Source: Planctomycetota bacterium
GTDB lineage: Bacteria > Planctomycetota > Phycisphaerae > Sedimentisphaerales > Anaerobacaceae
NCBI GenBank assembly: GCA_016872975.1
Contig: VGYL01000001.1
Span: forward strand, 1-41,320
Length of the DNA: 41,320 nt
Direction of reading: 5' to 3'
Part shown: one piece after another, positions 31,953 through 40,281 of the stretch
How the letters are laid out: each line of letters starts with the position of its first letter
How positions within the stretch are numbered: position 1 is the first letter of the stretch
Position numbers and translations under genes: made by a program
The notes under the pieces: generated by a model
The model's input: only the letters and a program-made list of their open reading frames with translations
Told to the model about the DNA's origin: nothing
Database searches by the model: none

Positions 31953-33557
31953 ATGGGACAGCGACAAGGGATTCTTCTTGCTCTTCTGCTCCTTGCGGGC
32001 GGCATGAGCCTGCCGGCATCGACACAACCAGCCCATACTGCCGGCGTGGTCTTCTCGCTGAAGATCCGTGAGAATTGGGCGCACATCATAGGAGCGGACT
32101 CGCCGAGATTCACATTATATGAGGACAGAAGTCTGATCTACTTCAATCCCGGCGAGAAACGATACGAATTTGCTCGACTCACGGAAGGTGAGTACACAAG
32201 TCTGAAGGACGAGATCCTGCTGGAGGGTCTTTGGCTATTGAAGTCCAGGTATTCCCGCGTGCATTGGACAGACCAGGATACCTACTACTTCTACTTCGGC
32301 GGCAACACTCCGCGAATGGTCGAGGTCTACGGTCATCCCACGGCAGAACTGAAGTTCGGGTCCGTACGCAGCACGGTCTACGAAATCCCGCGATCTCTGA
32401 GGCTATGCTTTGACACCGTGGCCGCCTATCGACACCCACAAGCCCGGCCTTGGCTGCCCGAGAAAATCGAGGTCTTGGTCTTCGATCCTGGCAGTACACC
32501 CCATTTCTCCGATTGGCCGGACCGCTGGCCGTCGCCCCGTCTACCGGGACGCGCCTACTCGATCTTCCTGCCCCAAGACCTGTACGAGGACTTCCGGGCG
32601 ACCATGAAGAAGAGTTCCTGGGGTGTCACGATCAACGGCAAGGCCCTGGCGGTTTCGCATGGAATGCCGATTCCGGGCGAGAAGGTGTTCGGCCGATATG
32701 GCGTGGCCCCGGAAAGCCACGTAGATGAAAGGCCGGGAGCTTGCCTCTACAGCCACCTCCTTGACGTCCTCTGGCTGGGCGGCAAGCTCAGTCCCTTGCA
32801 GAGCGCCGCGCGCGAAGGCGAGTTGAATCGGATTCGTTCGCTCATCGCGGAAGGGGCGGATGTCAACGCCAAAGAGACGGACGGCAACACAGCGCTGCAT
32901 TGGGCCACACATGAGGGACACGCCGAAGCGGCCAAGATACTCCTGGCCCATGGCGCACACGTCAACGCCAGGCAAACGAATGGATTCACCGCGCTCCATG
33001 GAGCCGCCTGGCAGGATCGTCAGGACATAGCCGATCTACTGATCACCGCCGGCGCCGATAGGAATGCCAGATGCAGCCACGGCACCACACCATTGCATGT
33101 CGCCGTTTGGTGGGGCAAGAGCCGGACAGCGGAACTCCTCATGGAAAAAGGCGCCGACGTCAATGCCAGAGATAAGATGGGCGACACACCCTTGTGTGAG
33201 GCGGCCTGGAACGGCGATATCGGTTTGGCAAGAAGCCTGGCACAGAGAGGTGCCGATGTGAATGCTGGGAATGACAGAGGAATAACACCTCTGCACAATG
33301 CGGCGCGCCTGGGCCATTCCGATGTGGCGGAGATGCTCATCCATCGAGGCGCCCATGTCAATGCGAGGGACGACCGGGGGCACACCCCTTTGCACTTCGC
33401 GACATTCGAGGGCTACGCGAGGATAGCCAAATTGCTGCTGGCCGGCGGCGCCGATGCAAATGCCAGGACCGATGACGGATATACGCCCCTGGAGTGCGCA
33501 CGCCTGGGAGGCCACGAGAGCGTTCTTTCCCGCCTGCTCGAGCAAAGGTCCCCCTGA
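31953..33557 (+). CDS. Secreted protein: unknown ~270-aa N-terminal domain + 8 ankyrin repeats
   Basis: The signal-like N-terminus is 'MGQRQGILLALLLLAGGMSL'. There are eight 33-aa ANK units ('G.TALHWA...GH..AAKILLAHGAHVNA' and similar) from about 32799 to the end. The 5' half is visibly less GC-rich than the neighbouring genes. Confidence 0.85.
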   Translation: MGQRQGILLALLLLAGGMSLPASTQPAHTAGVVFSLKIRENWAHIIGADSPRFTLYEDRSLIYFNPGEKRYEFARLTEGEYTSLKDEILLEGLWLLKSRYSRVHWTDQDTYYFYFGGNTPRMVEVYGHPTAELKFGSVRSTVYEIPRSLRLCFDTVAAYRHPQARPWLPEKIEVLVFDPGSTPHFSDWPDRWPSPRLPGRAYSIFLPQDLYEDFRATMKKSSWGVTINGKALAVSHGMPIPGEKVFGRYGVAPESHVDERPGACLYSHLLDVLWLGGKLSPLQSAAREGELNRIRSLIAEGADVNAKETDGNTALHWATHEGHAEAAKILLAHGAHVNARQTNGFTALHGAAWQDRQDIADLLITAGADRNARCSHGTTPLHVAVWWGKSRTAELLMEKGADVNARDKMGDTPLCEAAWNGDIGLARSLAQRGADVNAGNDRGITPLHNAARLGHSDVAEMLIHRGAHVNARDDRGHTPLHFATFEGYARIAKLLLAGGADANARTDDGYTPLECARLGGHESVLSRLLEQRSP

Positions 33558-33641
33558 AGGATCGCGCCGTCCAGGGCGATGGGTATGATGGGCAATTCGG
33601 GGGCCATCCTAACCTGTCAGGCGCAGGCCCGTTCCCGGCCG

Positions 33642-34064
33642 TCAAGGATCGGTTCGCCGTTTCTTGCGGTGGAATGTCAGGAAGTCGCCGGGCGAAAGCA
33701 CCTTGGTTCCGCGGCATTGCCGCGTGGGGAAGTGTGCGTGGTTCCCGGTGACGAGGCAGGCCGCCTGGCCGGCTCGGGCGACCTCAAGAAACGGGTGGTC
33801 GTCCGGGTCCGGCAGAGGATCGGACAGCGGGGAAGACGCCACGAGGACGCCGCTGTGCTCGATATGGTCCACAAGAGCGACAACTCGGTCGATGCGGAAC
33901 CCGAACTTGGGACGACGGAGAACTTCGTCGTACTCGGATAGGATGCGAGCGTCGAGACAGAGAGACAACTCGCCGGAGGAAATCATCCGCAGAATCTGGG
34001 CGCAAGGCCCCCAGGGGGACAACAGACCTGCTACCAGAACGTTTGTATCGAGGACGATCTTCAT
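33642..34064 (-). CDS. PIN-domain toxin (VapC-like, TIGR00305-type)
   Basis: The protein has 'MKIVLDTNVLVAGL', 'ILSEYDEVL' and 'DPDDHPFLEVARAGQAACLVTGN'. Its start overlaps the antitoxin stop (ATGA at 34061-34064). Confidence 0.85.
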   Translation of the reverse strand: MKIVLDTNVLVAGLLSPWGPCAQILRMISSGELSLCLDARILSEYDEVLRRPKFGFRIDRVVALVDHIEHSGVLVASSPLSDPLPDPDDHPFLEVARAGQAACLVTGNHAHFPTRQCRGTKVLSPGDFLTFHRKKRRTDP

Positions 34065-34348
34065 CGAGAGCGCCTTTGGCGTACTTCTTTGATTTCTGCG
34101 TCGATCTCCTCCCTGGAGATGCCGTCAGTCCCTTGCTCCACCGACCGTCGCTGCAGGCTCGTCACCGCCTCCACGGCCCGGGCTCGGCGGAAGGCCGACA
34201 GGGATTCTTCCAGGTTCGATTCGTTGACCGCGGCGAGAATGGCGATGGGGCGCCCATTACTGGTGATGACCATCTCGCCTTCTCCCGGAAGCGTCTTCCA
34301 GACCTCGCCGGATTTCTCACGCAGGTCGCGAATGCTGACAAATCTCAT
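34061..34348 (-). CDS. Type II antitoxin (Phd/YefM-like N-terminus)
   Basis: The 95-aa protein has 'MRFVSIRDLREKSGEVWKTLPGEGEMVITSNGRPIAILAAV', an antitoxin-type fold signature. It is translationally coupled to the PIN gene. Confidence 0.75.
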   Translation of the reverse strand: MRFVSIRDLREKSGEVWKTLPGEGEMVITSNGRPIAILAAVNESNLEESLSAFRRARAVEAVTSLQRRSVEQGTDGISREEIDAEIKEVRQRRSR

Positions 34349-34387
34349 AACTTGATCCTTTGCCGTATGTACCCAATCATGTATTCA

Positions 34388-34416
34388 ATTGTGTACACAG
34401 TTGTTCTTCCTGTCAA
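34388..34416 (-). promoter_or_regulatory. Candidate sigma-70 promoter of the antitoxin-PIN operon, with an overlapping TGTACA palindrome (possible operator)
   Basis: The minus strand reads TTGACA-17 nt-CACAAT, ~40 nt upstream of the ATG. TGTAC/GTACA motifs are repeated across the spacer and downstream ('atgtac..atgtat..tgtacac' on the plus strand). Confidence 0.4.
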
Positions 34417-34694
34417 GGGAATCGTCGTGTGCAGTACCGACATTTCGGCTTATCCCTTCCCGGGCAAAGGTTTATCCGCACCCGCCCACGCCGGAAAAGC
34501 AATGATCCGCTCAAAGGCTAAACAGGAATTTTGGCCACAGAGGACACAGAGAAGAGCCCAGGCCGGAGGGCAAGAAGGTAGGAAGTCCAGAAGGTCGGAG
34601 GGCCGGGCGCCCTTCTCCCTTATTTTCTCACTTTCCCCAGCGTTTCGGCGGCAGCGCGGCCGACCTGGAACGGCTCCGCCAGGGAGTCGGCGAC

Positions 34695-34904
34695 GTGGCC
34701 GGTCCACAAGAGTTCCGCCAGCGGTTGCTCAGCATGGGTGGACTGGAGGGCACCCGCAAGGTGTACGTACAGGCGGTGACCCTCAGCGCGGACGGCCGGC
34801 ATGCCCGGGCACAGTGCGTGCGGCGGGAAAGCGAGACCACCCTCGTCATTACGACGCCCCAATGGCATCATTTCGACAACGATTGGTGGCAGGTGGACGA
34901 CTGA
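34695..34904 (+). CDS. Possible gene remnant or small ORF (C-terminal '...TTPQWHHFDNDWWQVDD')
   Basis: The frame is GC3-rich and open from 34506, but no ATG occurs before residue 'M' at 'LLSMGG'. The upstream part is repeat-derived ('GHRGHREE' module). It may be a truncated gene. Confidence 0.25.
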   Translation: MAGPQEFRQRLLSMGGLEGTRKVYVQAVTLSADGRHARAQCVRRESETTLVITTPQWHHFDNDWWQVDD

Positions 34905-35119
34905 TACCACGGCCCTGCCCCATAGAGGCCATCTCCATGCCGGGCTTCATACGAGCCCGGCTTTTCTCGTGCGCTGCGTAGGATGGACCTCAGCCCACGT
35001 GGATTACCCAGCCACGCGCGTACAAAGGTGGCACTGGGCTCCTGCTGGCCTTTGCCTTGCTTTCTATGCTCTTACGAGCACACTACGAACCGGATTTTTC
35101 GTCGAATCGCGGAGGGAAA

Positions 35120-35782
35120 ATGCAACCGCGCCGGGATTTGTGCATTATGATAGGTAAAGACCGGCGCCGGGGCATAGCGATGACGGATGAAGTGATAGAG
35201 TGCGGCTTGGACGCCAAGCCCGACATTGTCGATGACGACCAGAGTCTGGTCTCTGCGGCCCAACAGGACCCGCAGGCCGCGGGCAAGCTCTATGACAAGT
35301 ATTATCGCGAGATCTTCGGCTACGTGTATCGTTGCACGCTCGACCATGCGGCCACCGAAGACCTGACGTCGAACGTCTTTCTGGCCGCGTTTCGGCACCT
35401 GGGGCGTTTTCGCTGGCGGCAGATCCCCTTTCGGGCGTGGCTGTATCGCATTGCCACGAACGAGATCCGGATGCACCACCGCCGGCACCGGTGGGCGAAA
35501 GCCGCCGGCTTCCAGGGGCAGCTTGGCGAAAGAGAAGGCGCCGCTCCCGCCGCGGATGAGCCGCCGGCGGCGGCCGAGGAGTTCCGCCTGCTGCACGAGG
35601 CGTTGCGGGAGTTGAAGTTGAAGTATCGCACGGTGATCGTACTGCGGTACTTCGAAGACAAGACGATTGCGGAAATTGCGGAGATTACCGGGGCCAGAGA
35701 AGGCACGATCAAATCCCAACTGCACCGCGGACTGGCCCAATTGCAGGAAATCCTCACGCGGTGGGATGTTTTGCCGAAATAG
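35120..35782 (+). CDS. ECF-type RNA polymerase sigma factor (sigma-70 regions 2 and 4)
   Basis: Region 2 is 'LYDKYYREIFGYVYRCTLDHAATEDLTSNVFLAAFRHL...WLYRIATNE'. Region 4 is 'RTVIVLRYFEDKTIAEIAEITGAREGTIKSQLHRGL'. The start at 35120 has a GGAGGG RBS. Alternative starts are at 35147 and 35180. Confidence 0.85.
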   Translation: MQPRRDLCIMIGKDRRRGIAMTDEVIECGLDAKPDIVDDDQSLVSAAQQDPQAAGKLYDKYYREIFGYVYRCTLDHAATEDLTSNVFLAAFRHLGRFRWRQIPFRAWLYRIATNEIRMHHRRHRWAKAAGFQGQLGEREGAAPAADEPPAAAEEFRLLHEALRELKLKYRTVIVLRYFEDKTIAEIAEITGAREGTIKSQLHRGLAQLQEILTRWDVLPK

Positions 35783-35796
35783 CTGGGAACAGGACT

Positions 35797-36516
35797 ATGA
35801 GCACCGAGGTAGAGCGAATCGAGCAGTACCTGCGCGGGATCGCCGTGCCGGAATACGTGTCCGAGCCGCATCGGCAGCAGTTGCGCCGGCGGATTCTCGG
35901 AGAAGTCCGAACGGGTCGGACGACCGCCCTGCCCTCCAGGACGTGGAAACTCGCCGCGGCCGCCGCCGTTCTGGTGGGTCTCGGCGGGATCGTCGGGATC
36001 ATTATCGAAATGGGGTCGGATGCGGCCGGCCGCAAGCCGGGCGGCGACCACCAACTCGTCAGCCAGGGCGCCCTGCCGGTGTACACGATCAGCACGTCCG
36101 ATGCCAACGTTGCGGCCGACGCGCAGCAAACGGAAACAGACCTTGCCGTGCTCGATCTCCTGCGGCGCCAGAACGCCGCCAAGCTGGTGCGGGTGATCGA
36201 GTCGGAGGTGAACGGCCGGCTCGACAGCCGGACCCTGGTTCACCGGTACACGTTGCCGGACGGCCGGGTCCGGACTATCGGCGAAGGCGACCGGGACTAC
36301 CCGAAGGCCGCGGCGCAGATGTGCTTGACGACGGCCGCCTGGACGGAGATCGACCAACTGCGGCAGACCGGCAAGGCCGAAAGACTCGGCCCACAGGAAA
36401 AGGAAGTCAAGGGCCGCGAGTTCGTGTTCAACCGCGAGCGGTACACCCTGCGGGATGGCACCGAAGTCATCCTGTCGGTCGGCGAGCCCAAGGAAACGGA
36501 ATCACCACAACGATAG
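35797..36516 (+). CDS. Single-pass membrane protein downstream of the ECF sigma gene (anti-sigma candidate)
   Basis: The start 'MSTEVERIEQYL' lies 15 nt after the sigma stop. The ~45-aa cytoplasmic N-terminus is followed by the TM segment 'WKLAAAAAVLVGLGGIVGIII' and a ~165-aa external domain with no recognised motif. Confidence 0.5.
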   Translation: MSTEVERIEQYLRGIAVPEYVSEPHRQQLRRRILGEVRTGRTTALPSRTWKLAAAAAVLVGLGGIVGIIIEMGSDAAGRKPGGDHQLVSQGALPVYTISTSDANVAADAQQTETDLAVLDLLRRQNAAKLVRVIESEVNGRLDSRTLVHRYTLPDGRVRTIGEGDRDYPKAAAQMCLTTAAWTEIDQLRQTGKAERLGPQEKEVKGREFVFNRERYTLRDGTEVILSVGEPKETESPQR

Positions 36517-36541
36517 AGAGCAAGCTATCGGGAGAACCGCG

Positions 36542-36961
36542 ATGAAAGCACACAGGATCACACGCATGGGTTTATTGCTGCTGGCCGGGGTCCTCGTGGC
36601 CGTGGCCGCCCTCGGGGCAGGGCGCGCCGCGTCGGAGCCCGTCCAGGGGACTTCCGAGATCGAGCAACTCCGCAAAGAGGTCGCCGACCTGCGCCAGCGG
36701 GTCGAGTCTCTCGAGCAGCAGTTCGCACCGGGGGTGCGTTTCGTCCTTCCGGCGGATGGCAAGACCGTGCCGGGCGTCATCGACCCCTATCAAGGCCTGC
36801 GCCAGGTGCCCTCCAACTGGAAGCGGTTCGAGTTCAACGGCATGCCGTACTATGTCTGCCCCATCGAAGACACGCGCCAACCCGCGCCCGTGGCCAGGAA
36901 GCAGACGCCGGCCGGCAACGCGCCGGCCGCGCCCCAGGCAGACGACAAAGCCAAACCCTAA
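36542..36961 (+). CDS. Secreted small protein with a coiled-coil segment
   Basis: The start is 'MKAHRITRMGLLLLAGVLVAVAALGAG' (signal peptide). The heptad-like segment is 'EIEQLRKEVADLRQRVESLEQQ'. This is the third gene of the ECF cassette. Confidence 0.45.
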   Translation: MKAHRITRMGLLLLAGVLVAVAALGAGRAASEPVQGTSEIEQLRKEVADLRQRVESLEQQFAPGVRFVLPADGKTVPGVIDPYQGLRQVPSNWKRFEFNGMPYYVCPIEDTRQPAPVARKQTPAGNAPAAPQADDKAKP

Positions 36962-37023
36962 GTTCCGCATTTCGGAAGTCCCGCGACCCATGGGAGGAGA
37001 TCGCTTCGTCGCTGCGCTCCTCC

Positions 37024-37150
37024 TGAGCAGGTGTGTGAGAAGCCGGTTCCAGGTGGCATGGGCTTCCAGCCCATGAATCATCGGCAGGATGCCGATGCCA
37101 CGAAAGCCCACGGGCAGGATGCCCGTGCCACTTCTCACACACCCTCTGAG
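37024..37150. repeat. 'GGTGTGTGAGAAG...CTTCTCACACACC' inverted-repeat element carrying 'GGCAGGATGCC' modules
   Basis: The same terminal arms occur at 14684-14701 and 14886-14903. The inner modules 'catcggcaggatgccgatgccac' and 'cacgggcaggatgcccgtgccac' are themselves hairpins. Confidence 0.85.
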
Positions 37151-37164
37151 GAACTGGAAGCGTT

Positions 37165-37355
37165 GGGTGCCATGTCTACGGCTTTGCGTAGACGTGCCCA
37201 TCCGGGGCGAAAGACATGCCGACGAGGCGTAGGCATGGCACCCTGGAGGCGGTGGGTTTCGTTCTCCTGCCCGCCGCGCAGCGGCTGCGCGACTCGCAAT
37301 GACATGACTGGCGGCTGCATGTCATTGCGAGCGAGGCTGGCCGAGCGCGGCAATC
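37165..37355. repeat. Mosaic repeat: an inverted copy of 16727-16846 plus an extra 'CATGTCATTGCGAGCGAGGC' module
   Basis: The reverse complement of 37165-37305 aligns to 16727-16846 with one insertion of about 25 nt. Confidence 0.85.
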
Positions 37356-37635
37356 TATCTCTATCGTCCTGGAACTTGCGAAATGCCGTGCCGGACATGT
37401 GAGAGAGCGTGCGACGGGTCGCGCTGGCGATGTCCAGGGCGGGGGCCAGCAGAGACGCGCTGTCATGCCTCTCCAGGGGCAGGGCCAGGAAATGCTCGAT
37501 CAAGTCCAGGGCAATTACAGGTTCAGCGATGGAGCCGTTTGGAGTTCCGCCTTCAGGCGGGTCTGAAGGTCTTCCGGCGCAGCCGGCTCCATCTTCTGCA
37601 AACGCGGAAGGGAAAGTGGAGGCAGGACTGTGTGA

Positions 37636-37714
37636 CCCGCGTGAACGCGGAACTCCGAACGCCGCGTGAACGCGGTACTCCCAACGCCCGCGTAAACGCG
37701 GGACTCCGAACGGC
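37636..37714. repeat. Three tandem ~27-nt hairpin units 'CCGCGTGAACGCGG-aactccgaacg'
   Basis: The units 'ccgcgtgaacgcggaactccgaacg', 'ccgcgtgaacgcggtactcccaacgc' and 'ccgcgtaaacgcgggactccgaacgg' abut directly. Confidence 0.85.
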
Positions 37715-37904
37715 TCCGGGCCACACGCCAGGTGTTCCTCGCAGATCATTCCACGATGACGTTGCCTGCATGCGATTGCCCTGAAGAGAACCGGGCCATT
37801 TCGTCTCCTCGGAGAAAAGCGTGAGATTCTTGTGCCCCAGGCCGGGGCTGGTTCGTGATAATAGGGAACAACGGTCGTTGGGATGACGGTAACGGCGTTC
37901 ACGA

Positions 37905-38441
37905 ATGCTGGAAGATGAGCTGCTCAAACTGAGGTTCAAGGCCGGCAGCCTGGATGCGCTGCAGCGGATCTACGAGAAGTACCGCGACTATCTGCTGACC
38001 TTGGCGATGGCGATAGTGAACGACGGCGGCACCGCCGAGGACGTCGTGCACGATGTCTTCGTCACGTTCGCCCAGTCCGCGGGCAAGTTCCGCCTGCACG
38101 GCAGCCTGCGCAGCTATCTGGCCACCTGCGTGGTCAACCGCATCCGCGACCAGATGCGGACCCGCAAACGGCGGGGCTCCGCGTTGGACGAAGAGATGCC
38201 CCTGGAATCGGACATCGACCCGCCGGATAGGCGGCTACTGTCCGACGAGCGGTCGCGCCTGGTCGCGCGGGCCCTGGCCCGGCTGCCGGACGAGCAGCGC
38301 GAGGTCATCGCCCTGCACCTGAACGGCCAACTGAAGCTCCGCGAGATCGCGCGGCTTCAGGCGGTCCCGCTGACGACGGTGCGCGGCCGATACCGACACG
38401 GAATCGAGAGACTGCGGTCCCTCCTGAACGGGAGATTGTGA
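37905..38441 (+). CDS. ECF-type RNA polymerase sigma factor
   Basis: Region 2 is 'IYEKYRDYLLTLAMAIVNDGGTAEDVVHDVFVTFA...YLATCVVNRIRD'. Region 4 is 'EQREVIALHLNGQLKLREIARLQAVPLTTVRGRYRHGIERLR'. Confidence 0.85.
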   Translation: MLEDELLKLRFKAGSLDALQRIYEKYRDYLLTLAMAIVNDGGTAEDVVHDVFVTFAQSAGKFRLHGSLRSYLATCVVNRIRDQMRTRKRRGSALDEEMPLESDIDPPDRRLLSDERSRLVARALARLPDEQREVIALHLNGQLKLREIARLQAVPLTTVRGRYRHGIERLRSLLNGRL

Positions 38442-38442
38442 C

Positions 38443-40281
38443 ATGAGAGCGGCACGCAAGATCAGACGGTTGGTCCAAGCGGCCTCTTTCCGGGCCAGTC
38501 CCGAAGCGGATAAGGCCCTTTGGACGGAGGTGCTCAAGGAACATGGCCGCCGGCGGACGGCGGATCAGACGCCGCATCGGCGCAGTTGGGGGAGGCTCGG
38601 AATGCCCCTGTGGACCACCCGGATGAGTGCCACGGCTCTTCTGGCGGTCGGCGTGGCCATCGGCGTCGTGATTGGAGCGACGATTCCCGGGCCGCAAGAG
38701 GACTCGAACCCGCGGGCCGGTTCCCCCGGGGAAACGCGCACGTCAGACGTTCAGCCCGACCTTTTCGCGCTGCGCCAAATGGCGGCGGCGCAAGACGTGA
38801 AGGGACTGGCCGCGATCCTGGCAGGAGGGCCGTTCGAAGGCAGACTGGTGGCCGCCAACTTTCTGGCCAAGATGGCCCCCCTGCCCGCGTTGGAAACCGT
38901 CTCTGTGCAGGCCGCGGGAGAGCTGCGGGCGGACCGCCAGGGAGGGAATCCGAGGCTGTACTCCACCGGGCACGCCGACTGGCTGGAATTGGCCGACGGC
39001 ACGATTACCGTGCATGGCGCGGCCACGCCCCAGCGAACGACCCTGGTCCGACTGACCCGGGCCAGGGAAGAAGATGCTCAGCCTGGGAAGGACCAGGGGG
39101 ATTTGGATCGTTTGCGCAAGGAGCGTGGCGACCTCGAAAAGGAGATGGCAGGCGCCCGCGACATTCCGGCTGATGTGAACCAACTCCGCAGCCGCATCGA
39201 CGTGTGGAACCACATCCTCGACGCGAGCGAGGGAGCCGTCTACATCAGTGCGGCCGGCGGTGGTCTGCACCTGCAGGATCGGGTCCGTCGGCGCGAGGCA
39301 CACCTCTTTCCCTCGGACAGCGGCGTCCGCGCCGAGTGGCACGGCGTCACGGTGGATGCCAATAGCATTACCCTGCTGAACGGGCTGGCCCCGGTTCGAA
39401 CGGACGGCCCCCTGGTCCCGCCGGCCGACTGGCGCAGCCGATTCGACCGGCGGTATTCGCTGGCGGACGGCGAGATCTTGCGGTGGGTCCGTCCGCCATT
39501 CATCCCCGAGCGGCAGTACCACTTGCAGGGACTCCGTCAGGACTCCCGCGTGAACCCGGGCCCTCGGCCCCCCTTCTTGTTTCTATCCTTCCGCTGGGAC
39601 GGCACGTTGCACAGTTCGGGCGTCGCCGCGCACGAGGGCACGCTGGGATTCCTCCTCGGAGATCTGGGCAGGGAGTTCGGGCTGAAACAGTATGAGATAG
39701 GCGGTCCCACGGAACTGCTCCAGCTTCCGTTGGGCGGTGATTGGATCGTCCGTGCGGATACGTCCCTCGAACAGAGGTTCGGTGCCCTGGAGAGGATCCT
39801 GGAGCGCCAGTGGGAGCGCCGGATTCGCATCGCCCGCCGGCGCGGGGAGCGGGAGGTCATCGTCGTACGGGGACGATACGAGAGACAGCCGCTGGAAGGC
39901 CACCGGGATACGGACCCGATCTATCTGTTCGCGGAGACCGCCCCCGACAAGGCCAGACCCCTCGGAGGCAGCGGTCAAACGACTGTCGCCGGGCTCCTCC
40001 ATCAGGTCGGCGCGCGCTTCCATCGGCCCGTCATCCTGGAGGCCCAGGGGCTCGATGAAATACCCATCCGGTTTCAGCCCTGTGTGTCCTACACCGTTCC
40101 CACCGGGCGCAGGTCCGAGCGCCAGGGACCTTTCACGACGTTCGGCGATGGGAATCTCGATCCGGTGCTGGCCAACCTCACCCGGCAGATCTCCGTGGAG
40201 TTCTCGTGCGAGACCCGCCCGTTCGACACGTGGCTCGTCACCGAGATCGAAGAGCCGAGGAAGGGGCAGGAGCAGAGATGA
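38443..40281 (+). CDS. 612-aa single-pass membrane protein (anti-sigma candidate) with a ~525-aa extracytoplasmic domain of unknown fold
   Basis: The start lies 1 nt after the sigma stop. The ~60-aa N-terminus is followed by the TM segment 'MSATALLAVGVAIGVVIGATI'. Codon usage is GC3-rich throughout. No motif is recognised. Confidence 0.6.
   Translation: MRAARKIRRLVQAASFRASPEADKALWTEVLKEHGRRRTADQTPHRRSWGRLGMPLWTTRMSATALLAVGVAIGVVIGATIPGPQEDSNPRAGSPGETRTSDVQPDLFALRQMAAAQDVKGLAAILAGGPFEGRLVAANFLAKMAPLPALETVSVQAAGELRADRQGGNPRLYSTGHADWLELADGTITVHGAATPQRTTLVRLTRAREEDAQPGKDQGDLDRLRKERGDLEKEMAGARDIPADVNQLRSRIDVWNHILDASEGAVYISAAGGGLHLQDRVRRREAHLFPSDSGVRAEWHGVTVDANSITLLNGLAPVRTDGPLVPPADWRSRFDRRYSLADGEILRWVRPPFIPERQYHLQGLRQDSRVNPGPRPPFLFLSFRWDGTLHSSGVAAHEGTLGFLLGDLGREFGLKQYEIGGPTELLQLPLGGDWIVRADTSLEQRFGALERILERQWERRIRIARRRGEREVIVVRGRYERQPLEGHRDTDPIYLFAETAPDKARPLGGSGQTTVAGLLHQVGARFHRPVILEAQGLDEIPIRFQPCVSYTVPTGRRSERQGPFTTFGDGNLDPVLANLTRQISVEFSCETRPFDTWLVTEIEEPRKGQEQR

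Noticed and set aside
34620-34910. A 96-aa minus-strand ORF overlapping the 34695..34904 plus-strand frame.
   Set aside because: The plus-strand frame has the better third-position GC pattern and a more protein-like sequence. The minus-strand ORF has no RBS and a low-complexity translation. Even the plus-strand call is kept only at low confidence.
35024-35045. A sigma-54-like 'TGGCAC-tgggc-TCCTGC' upstream of the first ECF sigma gene.
   Set aside because: The -12 element does not match TTGC at the required spacing. The sequence is also part of a repeat module that recurs inverted at 18200-18240.
38690-38725. A tRNA-like T-arm sequence ('ggactcgaacccgcgg', whose reverse complement is 'ccgcgggttcgagtcc').
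   Set aside because: The flanking bases do not form a T-stem or an acceptor stem. The sequence lies inside a well-supported GC3-rich coding frame (38443..40281). I found no convincing tRNA anywhere in the window.
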